Assembly: GCA_022703215.1 (NCBI GenBank)
Contig: JAKLEE010000001.1
Location: 1-41,563 of the forward strand
Reading direction: 5' to 3'
Length of the DNA stretch: 41,563 nt
DNA from: Spirochaetota bacterium
GTDB lineage: Bacteria; Spirochaetota; Spirochaetia; Treponematales; UBA12059
How positions within the stretch are numbered: position 1 is the first letter of the stretch; each line of letters opens with the position of its first letter. This document shows, piece by piece, positions 17,874 to 27,072 of this stretch. Under the pieces are notes generated by a model that made no database searches, was not told the origin of the DNA, and was given only the letters and a program-made list of their open reading frames with translations. Made by a program: the position numbers and the translations under genes.

Positions 17874-19763
17874 TCAGGCGAAGCGCACGCGCACGGTGAC
17901 TCCTCCGTTTGAACTGACCGTTTCGACCCCTCCCAGCTGCGCCACCAGGCTCGCCACGAGGTGTCGGCCGATTCCACCCTCACGGCCGGAAGCTCCGCTC
18001 ATTCCGACGCCGTCGTCCGCGACCTCGAGCTCCAGGACGCCATCCCGCTCCCGGCGTATGCCCACGCGGATCGATCCCTGGCGTCCCGACGGGAAGGCGT
18101 GCTTGAGCGCGTTGGTGACCAGCTCGTTGACCACAAGCCCGCAGGGTATCGCTTTCTCAAGCGGCAGGCGTACCTCCCCCGGAACGAGGTCGAGCGCCGC
18201 CTGTCCGGTGACGCCGACCGTGGCCTGGAGCCCCTCGAGGATCCGGCCGAGATAGGAATCCATCGAGATGTCCGCGAAGCTTCCGCTCTGGTACAGATCC
18301 TCGTGGACGTACGCCATGGTCTGGATTCGGTCCTGGCAGACCGCGAACGATTCGCGGGCGCGCTCGTCATCGAGCTCGGAAGCCTGTATCGAAAGGATGC
18401 TCGAGATCACCTGGAGATTGTTCTTCACGCGATGATGCACCTCGCGGAGCAGGACCTCCTTTTCCTCGAGGCTGCGATTCAGCGAGGCGAAGCTTTCCTC
18501 GAGGCGTCGCTCGAGGTCGACGAAAGAGCTGGCCAGGCTGCCGATTTCGTCCGGTCGCCGCGCGAGGCCCTCGACCGCGGCCGCGGCGCCGGTCTCGCCC
18601 GGCACGAGTTTCGCGGCGGTCGCGGAGAATAGCAGGATGGGACCGACGAACCGGTCGGCTACGGCCCACGCGGAGGCGACCACGCCGACCAGGGCGAACG
18701 CGAGGAGGATGAGGTTCTGGCGGTCGGCGAGTTCGAGGGGCGCCATGAACGACGTTTCCGAAAGGGCGACGAGGATGGTCCAGACGCTTCCCGCCGTTTC
18801 GATCTCGGCGCAAGAGCCCAGGTAGCCCGAAGCGCCGGATTCGAAGCGCGAGACGCCGCGCGCCGACGGCTCGTCCGCGGCGATGGCGCAGGCGCGGGCC
18901 AGATCCGCCACCAGGGTGCTCGGGCTATCGACGGCGAGGATACGCTCGGCCGAATCGCCAGAGCCCCGGAGGGTCGGCGATCCATCCGTCACCGCCAGGA
19001 GGAATCCCGCGTCGTCGGCGATGGCCACGCAACCGTCCACGCCCCCTCCCACGCCGCCGATCAGTCCGCCCAGCCCGTCCAGCGCGAGGTCGACGGTCGC
19101 GACGCCGACGAACTCACCCCCGGAACATACCGGCACGCTCGCCGCGATGGCGAAGCTGCCGTCGGAAACCAGGGCGTACGGCTCCGACCAGGCCGTCCGT
19201 CCGGCTGCCACCGCGCGTTGGTACCATGGACGCTTCCGTGGATCGTAGGCGGGAATCGAACGGGCCAGCTCGGTCCGGTTCCCCTGGGCATCCGATTCCC
19301 AGAGCTCGAGGGCGCCCGCGGAAAGCGCTCCGGCCCGCCCCACGCGGAGCGTGCCGTCGGCGAGCCGCTGGCTTTCGACATACTCCCCGTCGGAGAATCC
19401 GACGCTGACGAGGTTGATCTCCGGGAACAACGCGAGCATCGCCCGCAGCGAAGCGCCCAGCCGATCCATCGCCGCGCCGTCCCCGGCGGCGCCGCGCTGC
19501 AGGGGCGCCCAGGCCGCGACAGCCTCCCCGACGGCGAGCGGCCTGGCAAGGAAGTCCGTCACCCGTTCGGCCGCATGCGCCCCAATCTCCTCAGCAAGCT
19601 GCAACGCGGTCGCCCTCATGGCGTTGCGGCTGTTCATGATCGAAAGCGTCCATGAAACGCCGAGCGTCAGGGCGAACAGCGAGAGCATGGGGACGATGAG
19701 GGCGTAATGGAGCTTGGTGAAGCCGCGAGTCCGCCCGGCACGGCGCTTTCCTGGGTGCTGCAT
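17874..19763 (-). CDS. Sensor histidine kinase, HisKA_2 type (Cache-like sensor, HAMP)
   Basis: A TM segment is followed by an extracytoplasmic region (WYQRA.., Cache-like), a second TM and a HAMP domain. The H-box is HHRVKNNLQVISSILSIQ; the ATPase motifs are VNELVTNALKHAF and DDGVGM. The ATG at 19763 gives MQHPGKRRAG... Confidence 0.85.
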   Translation of the reverse strand: MQHPGKRRAGRTRGFTKLHYALIVPMLSLFALTLGVSWTLSIMNSRNAMRATALQLAEEIGAHAAERVTDFLARPLAVGEAVAAWAPLQRGAAGDGAAMDRLGASLRAMLALFPEINLVSVGFSDGEYVESQRLADGTLRVGRAGALSAGALELWESDAQGNRTELARSIPAYDPRKRPWYQRAVAAGRTAWSEPYALVSDGSFAIAASVPVCSGGEFVGVATVDLALDGLGGLIGGVGGGVDGCVAIADDAGFLLAVTDGSPTLRGSGDSAERILAVDSPSTLVADLARACAIAADEPSARGVSRFESGASGYLGSCAEIETAGSVWTILVALSETSFMAPLELADRQNLILLAFALVGVVASAWAVADRFVGPILLFSATAAKLVPGETGAAAAVEGLARRPDEIGSLASSFVDLERRLEESFASLNRSLEEKEVLLREVHHRVKNNLQVISSILSIQASELDDERARESFAVCQDRIQTMAYVHEDLYQSGSFADISMDSYLGRILEGLQATVGVTGQAALDLVPGEVRLPLEKAIPCGLVVNELVTNALKHAFPSGRQGSIRVGIRRERDGVLELEVADDGVGMSGASGREGGIGRHLVASLVAQLGGVETVSSNGGVTVRVRFA

Positions 19764-19836
19764 TCCAGTATCGTACAACACGATCACCCGGCGGTCGAGC
19801 GCCCGTGCTGGCTTTACCCCGGAACAGCGCTTCGGT

Positions 19837-20445
19837 ATGGTAGAGGCGATGCGGAACCAAACAAGGGAACGGCTGGCGACAACCCGCGTCGGCATAGCTG
19901 GCGCAGGCGGGCTCGGATCGAACTGCGCTGTCGCGCTCGCCCGCGCCGGAGTCGGCCACCTGGTCGTGGCGGACTTCGACCTCGTGCAGAGGTCGAACCT
20001 CGACCGCCAGTACTACTTCGCCGACCAGATCGGCCGGCCGAAAGTCGAGGCGCTCCGCGACAACATCGGGCGGATCGACCCGGAGGTCCGCGTGGAGGCT
20101 GTAAGCCTGAGGCTCGACGCGGACAAGGCGGTCGCGACGTTCACGGGCTGCTCCGTGGTGGTGGAAGCCTTCGACGACGCGGCCGCCAAGGCCATGCTGA
20201 TCGAGACCATCCTCGAGCGCCTTCCGGAAGCCGCGATAGTCGCGGCATCGGGGATAGCGGGCTGGGGCCGCGTCGAGGACCTGAGCGTGCGCCGCATGGG
20301 CAGGCTGATCCTCGTGGGCGACCTCGAGAGCGCCGTCTCGGACGAGCTGCCGCCGATGGCCCCGCGTGTCGGCGTCGCCGCGTGCATGGAAGCCGACCTG
20401 GTCCTCGAGCTGCTGCTCGGCGGTCCTTCGCCCAAGGGAGCGTGA
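19837..20445 (+). CDS. thiF: ThiF/MoeB-family E1-like adenylyltransferase (short ThiF type)
   Basis: Rossmann motif GIAGAGGLGSNCAVALARAGVG, DFDLVQRSNLDRQ and RPKVEAL are present. The gene is followed 1 nt later by the thiS-like gene. An alternative start lies at 19849. Confidence 0.8.
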   Translation: MVEAMRNQTRERLATTRVGIAGAGGLGSNCAVALARAGVGHLVVADFDLVQRSNLDRQYYFADQIGRPKVEALRDNIGRIDPEVRVEAVSLRLDADKAVATFTGCSVVVEAFDDAAAKAMLIETILERLPEAAIVAASGIAGWGRVEDLSVRRMGRLILVGDLESAVSDELPPMAPRVGVAACMEADLVLELLLGGPSPKGA

Positions 20446-20446
20446 G

Positions 20447-20650
20447 ATGCGCGTCACCGTGAATTTCGAGCCGGAGGAAATTCCGGGGGATTCGATCAGC
20501 GTCGCCGACCTGCTGAAGATGCGGCGCTACTCGTTCCCGCTCATCATAGCGCGCATCGGCGGGCGGCTCGTGGAACGGACCGACTACGAAACCACCTTCG
20601 TCCGCGAAGGCGACGAGGTGGAGCTCTACCATCTGGTATCCGGGGGATAG
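20447..20650 (+). CDS. thiS: ThiS/MoaD-family sulfur carrier protein
   Basis: The 67-aa product ends ..GDEVELYHLVSGG, the C-terminal Gly-Gly typical of beta-grasp sulfur carriers. Confidence 0.8.
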   Translation: MRVTVNFEPEEIPGDSISVADLLKMRRYSFPLIIARIGGRLVERTDYETTFVREGDEVELYHLVSGG

Positions 20651-20655
20651 CCGGG

Positions 20656-21060
20656 TTACGCCCTTTCGTAGCTCGCGTCGATCTCCACGCACTTGCCGAT
20701 GGTGCCGCAGACGGGACAGGTCTTTCCCTCCGCAACGATCCGCTCGTAGTCGGCCTGGCTCGCGGTGCCCCGGATGGTGAACTTCACCGTCAGCTTCGCG
20801 ATGCGACGGGGATTGGCGGCCATCTCCTTGACGAGCTCGAAGTCGATGCCGCCGAGCGCGATGCCGTTATCGCGCGCGTAGAGCGACATGACGGTGGTCG
20901 CGCAGGTCCCCAGCGAGACCGCGCAGAGATCGGTCGGGCTGAAGGTCGACCCGTCGCCCCGATTGTCCTTCGGCGCTACCGTGCGGATGACCGAGCCCGA
21001 CTCGTGGACGAGCTCTACCGTGGTCGGGTTGATCAAGCGACCCTTCATGTGTACGGCCAT
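20656..21060 (-). CDS. OsmC/Ohr family peroxiredoxin-like protein
   Basis: The ATG at 21060 follows AGGAGG. The two family Cys regions are present (DLCAVSLGTCATT and KTCPV). Confidence 0.82.
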   Translation of the reverse strand: MAVHMKGRLINPTTVELVHESGSVIRTVAPKDNRGDGSTFSPTDLCAVSLGTCATTVMSLYARDNGIALGGIDFELVKEMAANPRRIAKLTVKFTIRGTASQADYERIVAEGKTCPVCGTIGKCVEIDASYERA

Positions 21061-21142
21061 GCCTGCCTCCTGCGACGCGGATGACCCCGGACGGACCGGA
21101 GCCGTTCGAATATACCACGGGGCGGGAAACCGCCGCCGGGCG

Positions 21143-21727
21143 TCAGCCTGCGACGACCTCGTCGACGCGGCGGTCGCGCGGATCCATCGGCACGGCGGCC
21201 ACGAGCTGTTCCTCGAGGCAGACACCGACGACCGAGACCGCGCCGGGTCCGGGCCCCAGGGCCTGGAGCGAGGCGAGGAAACGGTCGTAATAGCCCTTGC
21301 CCCGTCCGAGCCGCGCGCCCGAGCGGTCGAAAGCCAGACCCGGCGCCACGACCAGGGTCGGTCCCGCCGCGAGCTCCTCGAGTCCGAACGGCCGCGTGTC
21401 GACGGGAGGAACGGGAATGTCGAAACGGTCCCGCGGCCAGTCACGCCAATCCCGGCCGAGCGGCACGAACGCGAGCTCGTCGCCTTCGATCCTCGGCACG
21501 CCCACGATCTTGCCGTCTGAAAGCGCCGACTCGACGAGGGGGACCGTATCGATTTCGCGCGGCATCGGCAGGAAGGCGAGCACCACCCTGGCGTTCCGAT
21601 ACGTCGCGAAGCCGGATAGGACCGCGCCGATCGCGCGCCCCGCTTCCCCAAAGCGCGAAACGGGCAGCGATTCCAGCTTCGCCCGTATCGTGCGCCGCAA
21701 CGCCCGCTTGTCCGTCTGGTCCATCAT
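21143..21727 (-). CDS. 5-formyltetrahydrofolate cyclo-ligase
   Basis: KRALRRTIRAKL.., a VVLAFLPMPREID-like stretch, and LVVAPGLAFDRSGARLGRGKGYYDR are all characteristic of the family. Confidence 0.85.
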   Translation of the reverse strand: MMDQTDKRALRRTIRAKLESLPVSRFGEAGRAIGAVLSGFATYRNARVVLAFLPMPREIDTVPLVESALSDGKIVGVPRIEGDELAFVPLGRDWRDWPRDRFDIPVPPVDTRPFGLEELAAGPTLVVAPGLAFDRSGARLGRGKGYYDRFLASLQALGPGPGAVSVVGVCLEEQLVAAVPMDPRDRRVDEVVAG

Positions 21728-21798
21728 TCCAAAATGCCGCCCGTTCGGTACCGGGGTCAAGGGCGCTTCAGCCCCCACTCCGCGCCCGCGCGCAAGTA

Positions 21799-23985
21799 TC
21801 AGGCGCCCGGCAGTTCATCCGGATTTTCGGCCCGGCGGTGCTCCGCGGCACCCGCCGCGGCCCCCGCCTCGGCTTCGCCCGAATACGCCGGAAGGCGCGC
21901 GGTGAAGACCGTCCGCCCCGGACGGCTTTCGAACTCGAGCGTTCCCCCGTGCGACTCGATGATGCGCCGGCAGATGTCGAGGCCGAGCCCGAGTCCCAGG
22001 CCCTCGGATTTCGTCGTGAAGAACGGTTCGAACACCCGGGGCCGGACTTCCTCCGGGATGCCCTTGCCCGTGTCCTCGATCAAAACGAGGGCGGAGGATC
22101 CTTCGCGGAGGGTGCGGACGGTCAGCCGGCCCGCTCCGTCCATGGCGTCGATCGCGTTGTTGGCCAGGTTGATCCAGACCTGGTCGAGCTCGTCAGGACG
22201 GCCGTAGACCCGCACGTCGGTCCCGTAATCGCGCTCGACCTCGATCCCGCGTTTCAGCCGGTTGTTGAGCAGGGTCAGCACGGTCTCGAGGTCGGAAGGC
22301 AGATCCACCCTGACGGACTTGCCCCGCTCTTCCTGGCGCGAATAGGTCCGGAGGGCGTTGACGGTCCAGGCCGCCCTTTCCGCCGCCTGCACGACGACCC
22401 GCCCCGACCGGACCGCGCCGACGAGCGCGCAGGCGGTTTCGACCAGGTCGACCGCGCGCGGACGGGCAGCTATCTTGCCGACCAGGGGCTCGTCGGGATC
22501 GTGCACGCCGAGTTCCTGGAGGCCGTCGGCCAGCACGGAGGGCCCCGGGCTACCCGCGGCTTCGAACGCGGCCCGCATCTTCTTGAGCGCCGAGCGCCGG
22601 CCCGAGAACCCGGGATCCGGCGTCTCGGCAAAGCCACGCCGGAGGAGCTCCTCCAGCAGGGCCAAGTCCTCCGGGGACAGCGAGGCCATCAAGGCGGGCA
22701 GGGCGGCGAGGTGGACAGGCAAGGTTCCCGCCAGGAACTCGGCGCTCGAGCGGAGCGCGCCGAGCGGGGTGTTGAGCTCGTGCGCCGTGCCGGCCGCCAG
22801 GCGCCCGAGTGCCGCCATCTTCTCGGAGAAGACCAGCCGGTCCCGGGTGGCGGTCAATTCCTCGACTGCGCGTGAAAGCTCGAGGTTCGCGGCCCCGAGG
22901 CGCAGGTTGGCCTTCTCGAGCTCGGCGGTCCGTTCCGAGACTCTGGCCTCGAGCCCGGCGTTGAGCGCACGCACCTCCTCGTCCATGCGGCGGAGCTCCG
23001 CCAGGGCGTCCCGGATCCGGGCGCTCTTCTCGACGAAGGCGCTGGCCAGGGCGAAGACTTCCCTGAAGTCGGTGTCGACGGCGGCAAGGGCGACCGGATC
23101 CTGCCGGTCGGGATCCCAGACCGCGACGAGCGCCGACAGCCGTTCGAGCGGACGGAGGAAGCGGTTTCGCATGCGCGACGAACGTATCACGGCGCCGAAC
23201 AGGAAGAGCGCGGCCATCGACGAGCCGAGTACGGGAAACGCCGCGAGGAGCCTGTCGAGTTCGGCGCGCGGCGTGAACACGACAACCCGGTCGCGCAGCA
23301 AGGGACTCTCGGCCTCCCCGACCATCCACCGTTCGCCGTCGGCGACCGTCTCCGCGCCGAGCCGTTCGGGCAGGATGTCGATGCCGATGCCGGCGCGGGT
23401 GGACGTGAGCACGCGCCCGTCAGGAGCCACGATCAGGATGACCGAACCCGCGTACTCCGCGATGCGCGCGAGCTCCCTGGTGATGGCGTCGACCTCGAGG
23501 CGGCCCAGCAACCAGGATTCGCCCGTCCTCCACGCGAAATAGACGCTGGGCCGCTCGTCCTCCACGCCGCGCACTATGCCCGAGCTGGCCAGTTCCCCTT
23601 CGTCGGCCTCGATGAGCAAGCCGCCCGCGACGCTCGAGCCGAGGTCGAAACCCGGAAAAACCGCGGAGCCCGGGGAGGAGCGCAGGACGCGGCGCACGAC
23701 CAGGCCTGGCCCGACTTCGTACAGGTCCGAAAAATCCTCGAAGTACGCCGCGGCCTCGCGGGCCGCGGGATCGGCCGCGAGCACCCCGAAGCGGCTCGCC
23801 GCCCGCTCGAGGAACACGTTGACGAGGGCGCTCGCCTTCCGGGCCTCGGCGGCCCGGTCCCGCCGGTAATGCGCCTCGATCCGGCCCGCGGCCAGCGCTA
23901 GAGCCGCGGCCATCATGACCAGGGTGACGGCGAGGGTCGTCGCCTCCACAGCGAAGGCGAAACTCCGGAGGGTACGGCGCGTCAT
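21799..23985 (-). CDS. Sensor histidine kinase (two TM segments, periplasmic sensor, coiled coil, HisKA, HATPase)
   Basis: H-box AAGTAHELNTPLGAL, N-box WINLANNAIDAM and G-boxes DTGKGIP and GLGLGLGLDICRRIIESHGG. The ATG overlaps the upstream binding-protein stop (ATGA at 23982-23985). Confidence 0.9.
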   Translation of the reverse strand: MTRRTLRSFAFAVEATTLAVTLVMMAAALALAAGRIEAHYRRDRAAEARKASALVNVFLERAASRFGVLAADPAAREAAAYFEDFSDLYEVGPGLVVRRVLRSSPGSAVFPGFDLGSSVAGGLLIEADEGELASSGIVRGVEDERPSVYFAWRTGESWLLGRLEVDAITRELARIAEYAGSVILIVAPDGRVLTSTRAGIGIDILPERLGAETVADGERWMVGEAESPLLRDRVVVFTPRAELDRLLAAFPVLGSSMAALFLFGAVIRSSRMRNRFLRPLERLSALVAVWDPDRQDPVALAAVDTDFREVFALASAFVEKSARIRDALAELRRMDEEVRALNAGLEARVSERTAELEKANLRLGAANLELSRAVEELTATRDRLVFSEKMAALGRLAAGTAHELNTPLGALRSSAEFLAGTLPVHLAALPALMASLSPEDLALLEELLRRGFAETPDPGFSGRRSALKKMRAAFEAAGSPGPSVLADGLQELGVHDPDEPLVGKIAARPRAVDLVETACALVGAVRSGRVVVQAAERAAWTVNALRTYSRQEERGKSVRVDLPSDLETVLTLLNNRLKRGIEVERDYGTDVRVYGRPDELDQVWINLANNAIDAMDGAGRLTVRTLREGSSALVLIEDTGKGIPEEVRPRVFEPFFTTKSEGLGLGLGLDICRRIIESHGGTLEFESRPGRTVFTARLPAYSGEAEAGAAAGAAEHRRAENPDELPGA

Positions 23986-25100
23986 TCGAATTCCCGTCTC
24001 GGATCCTCGATCATGACGAGCGGCGTATTGGAGTCGCCGAAGCGGTCGAACACGGAAACGCCGAAGCTGGTCGGTACTTCGCCGCGCCCGAGTATCCAGC
24101 GCTTGAACTCGGCGGGAGTGCGCGCGCCCGAGTCCCAGGCCGCGGCCAGGGTCTCGAGCCCCGCGTACACGTTCAGGCTGATGAAGGTGGGCACGTATCC
24201 GAAGCGGGCCTCGAAGCGTTCGATGTAGCCGTCGACCCGCGGATCCTGTCCCTTGGCCGGGTAATGCGAGGGAAGCGTGGAGCGCTCCAGGGCCGGCCCC
24301 GCGGAAGCCGCGAGGGCGGGCGTCTTGAGCCAGGGCGTGAAGACGATGCGGACCGAAGGGTTGATCGAGGCGGCCAGCTGCGCGAAGGTTCCCGCGGAGG
24401 CCTGGTATCCGCCGACCAGGATGTAGAGGACGTCGAACGGCTTCTCGAGCATCGCGGCGCGTGCGGCCTCGAGGTCGAGGGCGGACATGCGGATGTCGTG
24501 GAGCCGGAGGTTCTTGCCGGCGACCTCCGCCGAGAAGCTCCAGAACGCCGGCTCCGTGTAGGCGCCGTTGTCAAGGTCGCGGAGCACGAGCACCTCCGTC
24601 CCGGGCAAGGTCGAGACGTACTCCGCTACGCGCGCCTGCTCGTAGGCGAGGTCGGGGATGTTGCGCAGGATGAGATCGTCCTTGCCGCTCAGCGCGGTCG
24701 TCGCCGAGCCGGTCACCATCGCCAGGACCCCGTCCCTTCGCATCGACGGTTCGAGGCCGATGGCGCAGGTGGACGTGTGGCTGGTGACGAAGAACTCGTA
24801 GCCGTCCGCGCGCGCCCGCTCGTAGGCCATGAGCGCCTTTTCCGGCAACCAGGCGTCATCGTAGGGCTTCACCTCGATGTCGGATTTCCTGCCCGCCCTT
24901 GCGCGCTCCTCGAGGAAGAGCGTCGCGGCATTGGCCTCGCTGGCGCCCACGAGCGAACCGGATTCGAGCTTGGTGAGCAGCGCGATCCGCAGGACCGGTC
25001 CCGCGCACCCGGGAAGGGCCGCAATGAGGGTCAGCGAAAGGGCGGCGCCCGCCATGAGGGCGCTCGGTCGCCGGCGCCGGCCACGATGGGTATCCTCCAT
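23982..25100 (-). CDS. Periplasmic substrate-binding lipoprotein (type I PBP, Leu/Ile/Val-binding-protein-like fold)
   Basis: The ATG at 25100 follows GGAGG. The signal peptide carries the lipobox LPGCAG. The alternating beta-alpha pattern and length are typical of amino-acid/amide-binding PBPs. Confidence 0.75.
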   Translation of the reverse strand: MEDTHRGRRRRPSALMAGAALSLTLIAALPGCAGPVLRIALLTKLESGSLVGASEANAATLFLEERARAGRKSDIEVKPYDDAWLPEKALMAYERARADGYEFFVTSHTSTCAIGLEPSMRRDGVLAMVTGSATTALSGKDDLILRNIPDLAYEQARVAEYVSTLPGTEVLVLRDLDNGAYTEPAFWSFSAEVAGKNLRLHDIRMSALDLEAARAAMLEKPFDVLYILVGGYQASAGTFAQLAASINPSVRIVFTPWLKTPALAASAGPALERSTLPSHYPAKGQDPRVDGYIERFEARFGYVPTFISLNVYAGLETLAAAWDSGARTPAEFKRWILGRGEVPTSFGVSVFDRFGDSNTPLVMIEDPRREFE

Positions 25101-25247
25101 GGCTCGCCTCCAAGCATTCACTCTAGGTCGGAGCCGCGCCGGACGCAAGGCGCGGGCCGGCCAGATCCGCGCGTCCGTTTCCTCCGCGCGTCCGGCTCCC
25201 GGTGTGTGGCCTAAGCTCTGTACCCGTCGGACTGTCGGGTCGGCGCC

Positions 25248-26972
25248 TTACCGGGCGCGGGCGCGCCGATCCGGGCCGCCCCGCCCCAGAGGTCCCTCGA
25301 TGGAGGCGCCGCCGCCGCTCGACGGCTTGATCCGGTAGCGGCGCCGCTCGGCGGGGAACGCGGCGGCGAAGGCGCGGAGCTCGAAGGCCTCCGGACCCAT
25401 CAGCAGGTCCGGGTCGTGGCCGAGCTCGGTCTCGGACGTCTCGCCCTCGGCGAGCGCGCGCCCCCAGGCGCCATTGAAGCGGACCAGGTCAAGGATGACG
25501 GGAAGCACCTTCCGATATCGGGGCTCGTCGAAGCGCTCCGACAGGAAGCCGGCCTGCGCGTCCTCGATGGCCATCGGGCCCGTGATGGCGTCGAGACCGC
25601 CGCGCCCGTCAGCCCAGCCCGCGAAGTCGTCGAGGAAGGCCACGGGCTTCGCGCCGAGCGCCTTGAGGGCCCGGGCGAACCAGGCGACCGCCCTGCCTTT
25701 GATATAGAAGACGTCGAGCGCCTTCGCCAGTTGTTCCGCGTCGTCCAGATCCGCCGCCGGAAAGGTCGGGGTCGAAAGCACCCGGTACGGCGGTGCCGTC
25801 TCGCGCACCATGCCGAAGCCGTCTGCCTGGTCGAAAAGGAGGGTCCCCGGCAGCACGGACAGGCGGAACACGTCCAGATGGTTCGGCTCGAGCGCCATCA
25901 CCCATTCGAGGCTCGCGCGGAAACCGGCCAGGTCGTCGCCGGGCAATCCGTAGATCAGGTCGATGCCGAAGACGGCTCCGGTCTCGTTGAGCAAGCCTAC
26001 CTTGCGGATGAACAGCTCCGGGTCGAGCGCCCGGCCGACCAGCTTCGAAACCTCGGGACGGGCCGTCTGGAGGCCGATCTGCACGGAACACGCCAGCTCC
26101 GAGAAAAGTCGCGCCTGGGTCCGGTCCAGGAACTCCGCGCGCACCTCGATGACGTAGTGCAGGCCCGGGCCGCGCTCGCGCAGGAGCTTGAGCAGCCTGG
26201 CGGCCCGCTCGCGGTCGGCGTTGAAGGTCGGATCGAGCACGAGCGCCTGCCCTATCCCCGAGCGGACGAAGAGCTCGAGCTCGGCTTCGATCCGTTCCAC
26301 CGAAAAGCGCCGTACTCCGCGATGCCCCCGCGACTCGTAGCAGAAGGCGCAGCCGAAGGGACAGCCCCGCGCCATTTCCCAGAGCGCGCCGCCGTAGGGC
26401 GCCGGGTCGAGCGTGCCGTCGAGCCAGGGCGAGGGAAGCTTCGCGAGGTCCTCCGGGGGCGCCCTGCGTGGCGCCGTCCGCGGCGCCGCCTCGTCCGGCA
26501 CGAAAACGCCCGCTGCCACGGAAGCCGCCCCGCGCGCGAGCAGTTCGGCGATCGTCGCGACCCCGGCGCTTTCGCCTTCGCCGGCCACGATCGCGTCGAA
26601 GGGCGCCGCGGACAGCAGGCCCTCGGGATCGGCGGTCGCTTCCGCCCCGCCCGCGACCAGTCTGAGGCCGGGAGCGATCGAACGGAGTTCCCGCGCGCAC
26701 GCGACGGCCAGGTCGCGGTTCCAGACATACACGGAGAAGCCCACCAGGTCCGGAGCGAGCGCGTGGATCCGCTTCGCCAGCTCCGGCCCCGTTTCCGTCA
26801 CGTACGCGTCGACGAGGACGGGCTCGACCGTAGCGCGCGTCGCCTCCGCATGCCTGAGCGCGCTCGCGACGCAGGCGGCGCCGAGCGGCACATTCTGCGG
26901 CGATTTGGCGAGGTGGATCGACACGAGGACGACGCGATATCCGCGCTGGTCCGGGACGCTGCCTGGTTTCAT
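25248..26972 (-). CDS. B12-binding-domain radical SAM protein
   Basis: The N-terminal domain is Rossmann-like and cobalamin-binding-like (RVVLVSIH..). The radical SAM cluster motif is GCPFGCAFC (CxxxCxxC). A long C-terminal extension follows. An alternative start lies at 27011. Confidence 0.82.
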   Translation of the reverse strand: MKPGSVPDQRGYRVVLVSIHLAKSPQNVPLGAACVASALRHAEATRATVEPVLVDAYVTETGPELAKRIHALAPDLVGFSVYVWNRDLAVACARELRSIAPGLRLVAGGAEATADPEGLLSAAPFDAIVAGEGESAGVATIAELLARGAASVAAGVFVPDEAAPRTAPRRAPPEDLAKLPSPWLDGTLDPAPYGGALWEMARGCPFGCAFCYESRGHRGVRRFSVERIEAELELFVRSGIGQALVLDPTFNADRERAARLLKLLRERGPGLHYVIEVRAEFLDRTQARLFSELACSVQIGLQTARPEVSKLVGRALDPELFIRKVGLLNETGAVFGIDLIYGLPGDDLAGFRASLEWVMALEPNHLDVFRLSVLPGTLLFDQADGFGMVRETAPPYRVLSTPTFPAADLDDAEQLAKALDVFYIKGRAVAWFARALKALGAKPVAFLDDFAGWADGRGGLDAITGPMAIEDAQAGFLSERFDEPRYRKVLPVILDLVRFNGAWGRALAEGETSETELGHDPDLLMGPEAFELRAFAAAFPAERRRYRIKPSSGGGASIEGPLGRGGPDRRARAR

Positions 26973-27035
26973 GTGCCCTCGAGTATGGCGGGACTCGACT
27001 TCCCGCATCAATCACCGGAATTCCGTCTTTCCCCC

Positions 27036-27066
27036 TTGAGCATGACGCAACGTGAGGGTTTATGCT
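27036..27066 (+). promoter_or_regulatory. Putative MerR-type promoter with 19-bp spacer
   Basis: TTGAGC (27036-27041), a 19-nt spacer containing the partial dyad CCCTTGAGC..ACGTGAGGG, then TATGCT (27061-27066). The ATG lies only 6 nt downstream. Confidence 0.4.
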
Positions 27067-27072
27067 CCACGC

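Noticed and set aside
19764-19836. A possible TPP riboswitch upstream of thiF.
   Set aside because: The region is only 73 bp, is shared with the divergent kinase start, and lacks the conserved CUGAGA and ACCUGAUCUGGAUAAUGCCAGCG-like cores.
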